Translations under genes and position numbers: made by a program | In this document: positions 18,162 through 26,149 of the stretch, in pieces | Layout of the letters: each line of letters opens with the position of its first letter | Position numbering within the stretch: the stretch's first letter is position 1 | IMG/VR virus record: IMGVR_UViG_3300020182_000008 | Coordinates: 1 to 40,627 of that record | DNA from: a virus | Direction: 5' to 3' (one strand) | Length of the DNA: 40,627 nucleotides | The notes under the pieces: generated by a model | Told to the model about the DNA's origin: nothing | Seen by the model: the letters and a program-made list of their open reading frames with translations, nothing else | Database searches by the model: none

Positions 18162-18766
18162 TGTTAGATCTAGAAGAAAAATATAAATTTATAAATGTTG
18201 TTGATGATTGTGTCTCTCCTGAGATAGCTACATTTTTAGAAAATGTTTGTGTCCCCCAAACAGACCACCAGTTTAGAAAAGGTATGTATGAATTACCCCC
18301 CTTTATGACTTATGGTTTTACACCTAGAATTGCTCAAAATAGTGTCTCTCCAGGAATATCAACTTTACTTTCTTCGTTAAACTCAACAATTGAAATTGAA
18401 GATAGACATCATACTTTTGAATATCTTTGTTTAAATACTATATATAGTGCTAGTCATAAAGTAAATCTTATTGTAAAAAATGTAATTCAAGGTAGAGTTT
18501 TTTTACATATGCCATCTCCTAATCCTGGACTAGACGATATTCATGTTGATATGCCTTTTAACCATTGGGTATTTTTATATTATGTAAATGATAGTGATGG
18601 AGATACCGTATTTTTTAAGGATGATGAGAAAACAGAATTAAAAAGAGTAACTCCTAAAAAAGGTAGAGGGGTATTTTTTAATGGTTTAATTAAACATTGT
18701 AGTACTAGACCTAGTAAATCTCATAGATGTATTTTTAACTATGGATTTTTAGGTGAAAAACTTTAA
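18161..18766 (+). CDS. 2OG-Fe(II) oxygenase (paralog of 12370..12954)
   Basis: HVD...YYVNDSDGDT...PKKGR...HCST...RCIFN. Confidence 0.82.
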   Translation: MLDLEEKYKFINVVDDCVSPEIATFLENVCVPQTDHQFRKGMYELPPFMTYGFTPRIAQNSVSPGISTLLSSLNSTIEIEDRHHTFEYLCLNTIYSASHKVNLIVKNVIQGRVFLHMPSPNPGLDDIHVDMPFNHWVFLYYVNDSDGDTVFFKDDEKTELKRVTPKKGRGVFFNGLIKHCSTRPSKSHRCIFNYGFLGEKL

Positions 18767-18789
18767 AAAATTAATATATTTATAATAAA

Positions 18790-18850
18790 ATAACTAAGAC
18801 TCTAGGGCGAGTAGTTATGTTTTATGTTTAACCGGTGAGCTAATGCCACC
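18790..18850 (+). promoter_or_regulatory. Structured 5' leader of hsp20 (two hairpins)
   Basis: ATAACTA...TAGTTAT stem and GGTG(A)GC-taat-GCCACC stem, downstream of ATATTTATA at 18776. Confidence 0.5.
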
Positions 18851-18865
18851 ACAAATTTTAATGAT

Positions 18866-19276
18866 ATGAGTACATTATTTTATGAACGTACACCGTTCGA
18901 CATTTTATTCAGAAATTTCTTCCAAGATGGAAGCAGCTACAATCCAGTTGTAGAATCTAAACTTTCCCACCCAGTAGACATTTATACTTCCGATAACGGG
19001 CTAACATTTGAGATAGCTTGTACTGGGATCTCTAAAAGTGATATTGAGTTACTTACTCAAGACAATACTTTAAGAGTTAATTATACAAAATCTAAAGAGG
19101 ATAAAGACGTAGAGTATATCCACAGAGGTATTGCTAAACGTTCATTCAATTTAGGATGGAAAATCGATAGTAAATTTGATTTATCTAAAGCAAGTGCAAA
19201 CTTTGCTGATGGATTACTGACAATTGACGTGCCATTTTCCAAAGGTTCGGAGTTAAAAAAGTTGCAAATTAAGTAA
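18866..19276 (+). CDS. Small heat shock protein Hsp20 (IbpA-like)
   Basis: PVDIY, YIHRGIAKRSF, A.F.DGLLTI. Confidence 0.92.
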   Translation: MSTLFYERTPFDILFRNFFQDGSSYNPVVESKLSHPVDIYTSDNGLTFEIACTGISKSDIELLTQDNTLRVNYTKSKEDKDVEYIHRGIAKRSFNLGWKIDSKFDLSKASANFADGLLTIDVPFSKGSELKKLQIK

Positions 19277-19294
19277 AAGTCTCTGCCCTAGAGC

Positions 19295-19325
19295 TAGGTT
19301 ATTTAACATGCTTTTCGTATATTTA
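19295..19325 (+). promoter_or_regulatory. Putative promoter (TTCG-TATATTTA)
   Basis: TTTTCGTATATTTA, shared with the sites at 21899 and 24956. Confidence 0.55.
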
Positions 19326-19348
19326 CGTAAATAAACAGTTATAAAAAT

Positions 19349-19630
19349 ATGGCAAATCCAAACTTTAAAGGAAGACCTGTTGGTTCAGGCAAATCCACAT
19401 TCATTGAAGATCCCATAATGGGAGATTTTAAGATTGCTATTGATGAATATAGCTTTAATGTAATTGATACTATAAAAACTAAAACAGTAGGTTTTTATAC
19501 TACATTACCACAAGCCATATTAGCGATAGCAAAACATCAAATGCTCGAAGATCGAACATATGCTTTGACCGAGTATGCTAAAGAATTTAAAGAAACACAT
19601 TTAAAACTTAAAGAAGCAATTTTAAAATGA
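19349..19630 (+). CDS. Hypothetical protein
   Basis: 93-aa ORF downstream of a promoter motif. Confidence 0.75.
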   Translation: MANPNFKGRPVGSGKSTFIEDPIMGDFKIAIDEYSFNVIDTIKTKTVGFYTTLPQAILAIAKHQMLEDRTYALTEYAKEFKETHLKLKEAILK

Positions 19631-19737
19631 GCAAAGCACGTGGACAGTCACCTATGCGTAGGTACAAAAGACAGGATCAATTTAAATTGACCACTAATCA
19701 AGGAAACAAAATTAATCAATCCAAAAATAAAAAATGA
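19627..19737 (+). CDS. Small basic protein (36 aa), not in the ORF track
   Basis: MSKARGQSPMRRYKRQDQFKLTTNQGNKINQSKNKK*, with ATGA overlaps at both ends. Confidence 0.55.
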   Translation: MSKARGQSPMRRYKRQDQFKLTTNQGNKINQSKNKK

Positions 19738-20024
19738 GTAAACTCAAACCAGTTAATGGAAACATTATCCTTCGACCTATAGAGGAGGAGGAGCAAATGT
19801 CAGGAAATATTATTATTCCAGACATGGGTAAAGAACGCCCAGATATGGGTGAGATTATAGCTATCTCTTCTGTTTATAATTTTAACAAAGGTGAATATGT
19901 ACCTACAGTTTTAGAAGTGGGAATGAAAGTTCTTATCCCTAAAATGGGGGCACAATCACTAACTATTGACGGAGAAGAATATTATATAACAGCACAAAAT
20001 TCAGTGCTATCAATTGTAGAATAA
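19734..20024 (+). CDS. groES: Co-chaperonin GroES
   Basis: LKPVNGNIIL, SGNIIIPDMGKE; adjacent to groEL. Confidence 0.93.
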   Translation: MSKLKPVNGNIILRPIEEEEQMSGNIIIPDMGKERPDMGEIIAISSVYNFNKGEYVPTVLEVGMKVLIPKMGAQSLTIDGEEYYITAQNSVLSIVE

Positions 20025-20025
20025 G

Positions 20026-21666
20026 ATGACAGAAACAAGTTTCGGAAAGGAATTAAAAAACAAGCTATTAGAGGGAGTTCGAAAGCTAAATAACAGTGTT
20101 GCATCGACCTTAGGGCCTGCAGGTAGAACTGTTTTAATTAAAGAAGAGAATGGTGAAATTAAAGTAACCAAAGATGGTGTAACAGTAGCCAAAGCATTTA
20201 AAGAGTTAGAAGACCAAACTGAATCTATTGGTGCGGAATTAGCTAAAAAAGTATCAATTAAATCTGCAAATGAGGTAGGTGATGGTACTACAACTTCTAC
20301 AGTACTAGCTACCGCCATCCTAGAAGAAGGAATCAAACAAATTAATGACGGTTCTAACCCCGTTAATATTAAGAAAGGTATTGATGAAGCAGTAGCAACA
20401 GTAGTAGCCAGATTAAAAGAAATGTCTACTGAAATTACTGATGATTCACAAATCAAAGAAGTAGCCACCATCTCAGGCAACAATGATACTGAAATTGGTA
20501 ATTTAATTGCTACCTCCTTAGATAAAGTAGGTCGTGATGGTATTGTAACTATCGAAGAATCTAAAACAGGTGAAACATCACTTGAAGTAGTAGAAGGTAT
20601 GCAATTTGACCGTGGTTTTAAATCACCCTATTTTGTTACAGATAATAATACAATGACTGCTGTATTAGATGACCCTTATGTTTTAATCTATGATGGTCGT
20701 ATTACACAAGCTTCTGAATTATTAAATGTTTTAAATAAAGTAAGTGGTGAATCTAAATCACTATTGATTGTAGCTGAAGACATTGATGGAGAAGCATTAG
20801 CAACTCTTATTGTTAATAAAATGAGAGGAACTATCAATGCTGTCGCTGTTAAAGCACCTGATTTTGGTGATAGACGAACTATGGCTCTCGAAGATTTAGC
20901 TACAGTTACAGGTGGACAAGTTTTATCTAAAAATAAAGGACATAAACTTGATAAATTACAAGCCATTCAATACGGAGAATTATTAGGAACCGCCCGTAAA
21001 GTATCAGTTACAAAAGAAACCACTACCATTATTGATGGTAAAGGTGGTGAAGAAGCTATTGAATCAAGAGCAACTGAGATCAAATCTCAATTAGACAATG
21101 CAACATCAGCATTTGAAAAAGAAAAACTACAAGAACGATTAGGTAAACTAATTGGAGGTGTAGCAATTATTAATGTTGGTGGGAATAGTGAAATCGAAAT
21201 TAAAGAGAAAAAAGATAGAGTAGAAGATGCTTTATTCGCTACAAAAGCTGCATTGGATGAAGGTATTGTAATTGGTGGTGGAACCGCTTTATTATATGCT
21301 GCGGGGGATATTGATATTAGTGGTAATGATGATATTGCTATTGGTCGTAAAATTGTTAAACAAGCAATTCAAGAACCATTTCTTAAAATCCATACAAACG
21401 CAGGACATGAACTTAACGACATTCGTTATGCCGCTTTTAAACTAATCGATTCAGGTAACGATTTATGGGCTGGGTTAAGCTATAAAGATCTAGCAGTAAT
21501 TGATTACAAAAAATCAGGAATCATTGATCCTAAAAAAGTAACAAGAATTGCATTAGAAAATGCTGCTTCAATCGCTGGTACTATCCTTACCACTGAATCA
21601 GTTGTATATGAAAAAAGAGAGGATAAACAACAAGAAACCCCTAACCCAATGGCGGGGATGATGTAA
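20026..21666 (+). CDS. groEL: Chaperonin GroEL
   Basis: TLGPAG, TKDGVTVAK, GDGTTT, EGMQFDRG, GGG; ends GMM. Confidence 0.98.
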   Translation: MTETSFGKELKNKLLEGVRKLNNSVASTLGPAGRTVLIKEENGEIKVTKDGVTVAKAFKELEDQTESIGAELAKKVSIKSANEVGDGTTTSTVLATAILEEGIKQINDGSNPVNIKKGIDEAVATVVARLKEMSTEITDDSQIKEVATISGNNDTEIGNLIATSLDKVGRDGIVTIEESKTGETSLEVVEGMQFDRGFKSPYFVTDNNTMTAVLDDPYVLIYDGRITQASELLNVLNKVSGESKSLLIVAEDIDGEALATLIVNKMRGTINAVAVKAPDFGDRRTMALEDLATVTGGQVLSKNKGHKLDKLQAIQYGELLGTARKVSVTKETTTIIDGKGGEEAIESRATEIKSQLDNATSAFEKEKLQERLGKLIGGVAIINVGGNSEIEIKEKKDRVEDALFATKAALDEGIVIGGGTALLYAAGDIDISGNDDIAIGRKIVKQAIQEPFLKIHTNAGHELNDIRYAAFKLIDSGNDLWAGLSYKDLAVIDYKKSGIIDPKKVTRIALENAASIAGTILTTESVVYEKREDKQQETPNPMAGMM

Positions 21667-21682
21667 ATTTAATTAATTAATT

Positions 21683-21856
21683 ATGAGTGCAAAACAAGAA
21701 TTGTTTGAGCAAATTGCAGAGCAGTTTGCCATTTTAGAGAGCGAAAACAGTGGAACAACAAAAGCTTCACAACAACGCGCTAGAAAAGCCGCAGGTGAAA
21801 TTAAAAAACTAATTACACCTTATAAAAAGGCAAACATGGACGCAGTAAAGTCCTAA
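21683..21856 (+). CDS. Histone H1-like (Hc1 family) small protein, not in the ORF track
   Basis: MSAKQELFEQI...TKASQQRARKAAGEIKKLITPYKKA (57 aa). The KA..RARKA motif is typical of Bacteroidota Hc1-like proteins. Confidence 0.7.
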   Translation: MSAKQELFEQIAEQFAILESENSGTTKASQQRARKAAGEIKKLITPYKKANMDAVKS

Positions 21857-21864
21857 AACTAAAT

Positions 21865-21896
21865 TTAGGGGGGCGTTTGCTCCCCTAATTATTTTT
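21865..21896 (+). terminator. Terminator after the chaperone operon
   Basis: TTAGGGGGGC-gttt-GCTCCCCTAA stem followed by TTATTTTT. Confidence 0.75.
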
Positions 21897-21906
21897 CGTA
21901 TATTTA
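21876..21906 (+). promoter_or_regulatory. Bacteroidota-type promoter upstream of HNH/clamp loader
   Basis: TTTG (21876-21879), N19, TATATTTA (21899-21906). Confidence 0.6.
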
Positions 21907-21932
21907 ATCCTAATATAAATTTTTTAATCGTT

Positions 21933-22283
21933 ATGTATAAGTTCGCAAAACCCCTACCTAGTGTAGAAACTTTAAATGAATTACTTGAACAAGACCCTTC
22001 TAACCCTAGTGGATTAAAATGGAAGGTTAATAGGAGAGGAAAAGCTAAGGCTGGAACTAGAGCTGGTCGTCCCACTGCTCAAGGTTATTATCAAACTTTT
22101 ATTAATGGTGCTCGTTACTACAACCATCGAATTATTTGGAAAATGGTAACAGGTAATGATCCTGAAGAAGTTATTGATCATATTCATGGTTTAGAGGGAG
22201 GAAATGTTTATTCAAACTTCCAAGATATTACTCAACAACAGAATATGACTAAAAAAATAGGAGAGATAATAAATGCTGCTTAA
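21933..22283 (+). CDS. Free-standing HNH (homing-type) endonuclease
   Basis: YNHRIIWKM...IDHI...GN..SNFQDITQQQN. Confidence 0.8.
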   Translation: MYKFAKPLPSVETLNELLEQDPSNPSGLKWKVNRRGKAKAGTRAGRPTAQGYYQTFINGARYYNHRIIWKMVTGNDPEEVIDHIHGLEGGNVYSNFQDITQQQNMTKKIGEIINAA

Positions 22284-23196
22284 AGAACATACTTTATTCA
22301 CAGAACGTTTTCGACCAACTGATCCTAAGGATTATATCGGAAATGAAGTATTCAAAGCAAGTTTAGACCAATGGATTAAACAGCAGGATATACCACATAT
22401 CCTGTTGTATGGTCCTGCGGGTACAGGTAAAACTACCGCTGCTAAATTAATTGTAGCCAATCTAGATTGTGATCACATTTACATTAATTGTTCAGATGAA
22501 AATGGTATTGATACAATTAGAGAGAAGGTAAAATCATTTGCTTCTGCCGCAACCTTCCGCGCTTTAAAGGTGGTTATAATGGATGAAGCTGATTTTTTAA
22601 CCATAAACGCACAAGCTGCTTTACGCAACGTTATTGAATCGTTTGCTAAAACAACGCGATTTGTATTTACCTGTAATTATGTTGAACGCATAATTGATCC
22701 TATACAATCTAGAACTTCAGTGTTTGAGGTATTACCTCCCTCTAAAAAGGAAGTAGCTAAACGTTGTAAAGATATTTTACATGAAGAAGGATGTAGTCAT
22801 GCTATTGAAGATTTAGCTACAATTGTAAATAAAACCTATCCTGATATTCGTAAAACATTAAACTTATTACAATCAAGTATTATATGGGATCCAGCAGGTA
22901 AATTTTTACAATTAAACAAAGAAATTACTAGTCAATATGAGTACACAAAACAAATTATTGACTTAATTAAATCTAATGATAATGATGCTTTTACTAAAAT
23001 TAGACAAATTGTAGCAGATTCAAACATTAGAGACTATAATGAATTATACCGAGCCTTATTCGAAAACTTAGATTCATTCCATAATCCAGTATTAGGTACT
23101 ATTATTATAGCTGAGGCACAGTACCAGTCAGCATTGGCTCCTGACCGCGAAATTACTTTTATGGCTTGTATCGCTAAACTAATTAAACCATTCTAA
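22273..23196 (+). CDS. Clamp loader AAA+ subunit (RFC-small/gp44-like)
   Basis: ERFRP, GPAGTGKTT, DEAD, AQAALR, IQSR. Confidence 0.93.
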   Translation: MLLKEHTLFTERFRPTDPKDYIGNEVFKASLDQWIKQQDIPHILLYGPAGTGKTTAAKLIVANLDCDHIYINCSDENGIDTIREKVKSFASAATFRALKVVIMDEADFLTINAQAALRNVIESFAKTTRFVFTCNYVERIIDPIQSRTSVFEVLPPSKKEVAKRCKDILHEEGCSHAIEDLATIVNKTYPDIRKTLNLLQSSIIWDPAGKFLQLNKEITSQYEYTKQIIDLIKSNDNDAFTKIRQIVADSNIRDYNELYRALFENLDSFHNPVLGTIIIAEAQYQSALAPDREITFMACIAKLIKPF

Positions 23197-23423
23197 TGGA
23201 ACAACAACCACAAATGAACTTGGATTTATCCAAAACAACCGCTATTGATACACCTTCAGGAGGTAAAATCTGGCAACAAGGAATGATATTACGTAAAGTA
23301 TCTAAATTTGTAACAGGTACTACTGAAGATGCTATTGTACCAATCCCAGTATTTTATGATGCTGAAACAGGTAAAATTTTAGAAGATACTTTACCACGTG
23401 AATTAAGAGAAGAGTACGCTTAA
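23196..23423 (+). CDS. Hypothetical protein
   Basis: 75-aa ORF coupled by TAATG on both sides. Confidence 0.75.
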   Translation: MEQQPQMNLDLSKTTAIDTPSGGKIWQQGMILRKVSKFVTGTTEDAIVPIPVFYDAETGKILEDTLPRELREEYA

Positions 23424-23830
23424 TGAACATATTTGACTGGCTCAATGAAATCTCATATGATAAACGAGATTGGAATGAATTTACCCCTGAACAACAGGCA
23501 TCGTTCGATCCGTATATGATACATCGTTTTATTTCTATGAAACAAGATTATATTGAGATAGTCAATGAAGTCCAGTATGTCCCTATTCCAACACCTCTTT
23601 TATATGATTTATGGTGTCAAGCTTTACCTAAAAAGAAAACATTTTTTAGATATATAAAGGCTAAAAGACCCTTGCCTAATGATAAACTTCTTATTATATT
23701 AGCTAATCATTGGAAAGTAAGCAAACGTGAAATAAAAGATAATTATAGTTTAATAAGTAAAGATTATATTAAACAATTACTTTTTGAAATAGGTATAGAC
23801 AAAAATAAACATAAAATTTATTTAAAATGA
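23423..23830 (+). CDS. Clamp loader small subunit (gp62-like)
   Basis: IFDWLNEI...PYMIHRFIS...FFRYIK; follows the gp44-like gene. Confidence 0.65.
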   Translation: MNIFDWLNEISYDKRDWNEFTPEQQASFDPYMIHRFISMKQDYIEIVNEVQYVPIPTPLLYDLWCQALPKKKTFFRYIKAKRPLPNDKLLIILANHWKVSKREIKDNYSLISKDYIKQLLFEIGIDKNKHKIYLK

Positions 23831-24054
23831 AAGTAGAATTATTCAAAATGTTAAAAACTGAAGCCGAAGCAGAAAAATCTAAGGCTATATTAACCCTTAA
23901 TTTATTAAGTGAACACCCCGCAGGTATTGGAGACCATAGTACTAAAGATTTTTATGAAAATGCTTCTGAAGCATTAACAATGTTAGTTGATGCTGATGAT
24001 AAATTAGAAGCTTTAGATAGATATTTTAAACCCCATGAAAATTTACTAGGATAA
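23827..24054 (+). CDS. Hypothetical phage protein (GIGDH motif)
   Basis: 75-aa helical ORF coupled to its neighbours. Confidence 0.7.
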   Translation: MKVELFKMLKTEAEAEKSKAILTLNLLSEHPAGIGDHSTKDFYENASEALTMLVDADDKLEALDRYFKPHENLLG

Positions 24055-24647
24055 TGGAATATTTTATTAAAGATTTTATAGGAACTTTTGATGGGTTTAT
24101 TCCACCTTCATATTGTAAAGATCTTATTAATTTTTTTAATAAACATTCTAATTACCAAACTACAAGAAAATCTCAAGAACCCTCAGTTCCTTTTTTTGAA
24201 AAACAAGATGCTTTTTTAGATCCTAAATCTTTATCTTTAGAACTAAAATCTAAATTAGATAATTTTGAAAAATATTTTAAACAAACTTTATATAAAAAAG
24301 TATTACCTTTATATATAGAAAAATATGGTATTTTAGAAAATGATTTACCTATATTAACTTTAGAAAATTTTATAATTCAAAAAACCCTCCCTGGAGAAGG
24401 ATACCATATATGGCATTATGAACATTCACCTGATGAAGTTCATTTAAAAAGATTAGGAGTTTGGACTTTATATTTAAATGATGTAAAAGAAGGAGGAGAA
24501 ACTGAATTTTTATATATTCATAAAAGAATTTCCCCAAAACAAGGAAAAATTTGTATCTTCCCTTCAGCGTATACACATACCCATAGGGGTAACCCTCCTT
24601 TATCTGGAGAAAAATACATAATTACAGGGTGGATAAATTATAAATAA
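24054..24647 (+). CDS. 2OG-Fe(II) oxygenase
   Basis: GYHIWHYE, YLNDVKEGGETEF, HTHRGNPP, KYIITGW. Confidence 0.88.
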   Translation: MEYFIKDFIGTFDGFIPPSYCKDLINFFNKHSNYQTTRKSQEPSVPFFEKQDAFLDPKSLSLELKSKLDNFEKYFKQTLYKKVLPLYIEKYGILENDLPILTLENFIIQKTLPGEGYHIWHYEHSPDEVHLKRLGVWTLYLNDVKEGGETEFLYIHKRISPKQGKICIFPSAYTHTHRGNPPLSGEKYIITGWINYK

Positions 24648-24947
24648 ATGAGTGATTCAGTAAAAAAATACTTTGAAAGTACATCAACATCTAATGTTAA
24701 AACTATATACCCTGGTGATATAGAAGTCACAATAGATAAACCTAAAAAAGATAATTACGTACAATTAGTAAAGGCTAAATTTGAACAACGTTCACAAACC
24801 GGTATTAAAAAATATAATACTACCTTAGAACGTGAAGATTTAGATTTACAAGACTGGCTAAACCATTTACAAGAAGAGTTAATGGATGCAACGTTATATA
24901 TTGAAAGATTAAAAGCTGAACTTAAAGGTAGGTTGGATACTCAATAG
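24648..24947 (+). CDS. Conserved phage protein, possibly all-alpha NTP-pyrophosphatase-like
   Basis: GIKKYNTTL...WLNHLQEELMDATLY. Confidence 0.55.
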   Translation: MSDSVKKYFESTSTSNVKTIYPGDIEVTIDKPKKDNYVQLVKAKFEQRSQTGIKKYNTTLEREDLDLQDWLNHLQEELMDATLYIERLKAELKGRLDTQ

Positions 24948-24963
24948 TTTCTTCGTATATTTA
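24932..24963 (+). promoter_or_regulatory. Putative promoter (GTTG-N20-TATATTTA)
   Basis: TTCGTATATTTAC motif upstream of the nuclease gene. Confidence 0.55.
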
Positions 24964-24978
24964 CACAAATAAAGATAA

Positions 24979-25917
24979 TTGGAAGTTAATTTTGCCACAG
25001 ATAAGGTTGTATCATTCTCACAGTACTCGATGTATAAATCGTGTCCTCATAAGTGGTACCTTCAATACGTAAAAGGTTACAAAGACGATAAGCCAAATAT
25101 GCATTTCGTTTTTGGAACTGCTATGCATGAGGCAATACAACATTATCTACAAACCATGTTCGATAAATCAGCTAAAGAAGCTGATGATATTAACCTTAAC
25201 CAATTCTTCAAAGGTAAAATGATTGAAGAATATAGCAAATATAAGAAAAAACATGGACATTTTGCTACATCTGAAGAATTACAAGAATTTTATTTAGATG
25301 GTGAGGCTATTTTAGATTGGTTTAAAAAACACAAACGTGGTAGAAGAAATTATTTTTCTAAACGTAAACAGTTATTAAAAGGTATAGAGGTACCTTTAGT
25401 ACTACAACCAATTAAAGAACGACCTAATATTAAGTATATGGGTTACGTGGATTTAATTATCTACGATAAACGTAGTGAACAATACACTATATTTGATATC
25501 AAAACATCTACTAAGGGATGGTCAAAATGGGAAAAAGGAGATACAATAAAACACAACCAACTTTATCTCTACAAACAATTCTACTCAGAATTATTTAAAG
25601 TTCCTTTAGATAAAATAAATGTAGAATTTTACATTGTAAAACGTAAAGTATTATCATTTGATGATGAAAACATAAAATCACCTCATCAAGCTTATCGTGT
25701 ACAGAATTTTAAACCTGTTGACAATAAAAAACGTTTAAAACAAGCAAAAGAAGATTTTACTAGCTTTATTCGTGAATGTTACACCCCAGATGGTAACCCA
25801 GTAGATAAAGATTTTGATAAAAAAGTTGATAAACCTTGTGACTGGTGCGAATTTGGAAAAGATAGAGAATTGTGCGGAGCTGCGCTGGCTCCTGAAGAAA
25901 AATTCTTTAGTTTTTAG
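24979..25917 (+). CDS. PD-(D/E)xK exonuclease, Cas4/RecB-like
   Basis: SFSQ...CP, GTAMH, GYVDL...DIKT, QLYLY, C-terminal CDWC...C. Confidence 0.85.
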   Translation: MEVNFATDKVVSFSQYSMYKSCPHKWYLQYVKGYKDDKPNMHFVFGTAMHEAIQHYLQTMFDKSAKEADDINLNQFFKGKMIEEYSKYKKKHGHFATSEELQEFYLDGEAILDWFKKHKRGRRNYFSKRKQLLKGIEVPLVLQPIKERPNIKYMGYVDLIIYDKRSEQYTIFDIKTSTKGWSKWEKGDTIKHNQLYLYKQFYSELFKVPLDKINVEFYIVKRKVLSFDDENIKSPHQAYRVQNFKPVDNKKRLKQAKEDFTSFIRECYTPDGNPVDKDFDKKVDKPCDWCEFGKDRELCGAALAPEEKFFSF

Positions 25918-25950
25918 AATCTGTATATTTATATATATAATAAATAGATT

Positions 25951-26142
25951 ATGATAAAAGATAAGTTACAATTAACAAGTGTAAAAGTACATAGGCACTT
26001 GTTTGATGAATTCAAAGTTGAATGTGTTCGTACAAAATTTTCACTACAAAAACTTGCAGACCGAGCCCTTTATTTGTATCTTACAGATAAAGAATTTAGA
26101 AAACAAGTTCACAATCAAACAACACTAAATTTAGACAAATAA
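25951..26142 (+). CDS. Small putative DNA-binding (ribbon-helix-helix-like) protein
   Basis: LTSVKV strand followed by two predicted helices; preceded by ATATTTATA. Confidence 0.5.
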   Translation: MIKDKLQLTSVKVHRHLFDEFKVECVRTKFSLQKLADRALYLYLTDKEFRKQVHNQTTLNLDK

Positions 26143-26149
26143 TAGTTTT

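Noticed and set aside
20010-20966. Minus-strand ORFs (and the other - strand ORFs in the track)
   Set aside because: They are antisense shadows of well-supported + strand genes such as groEL, with no motifs.
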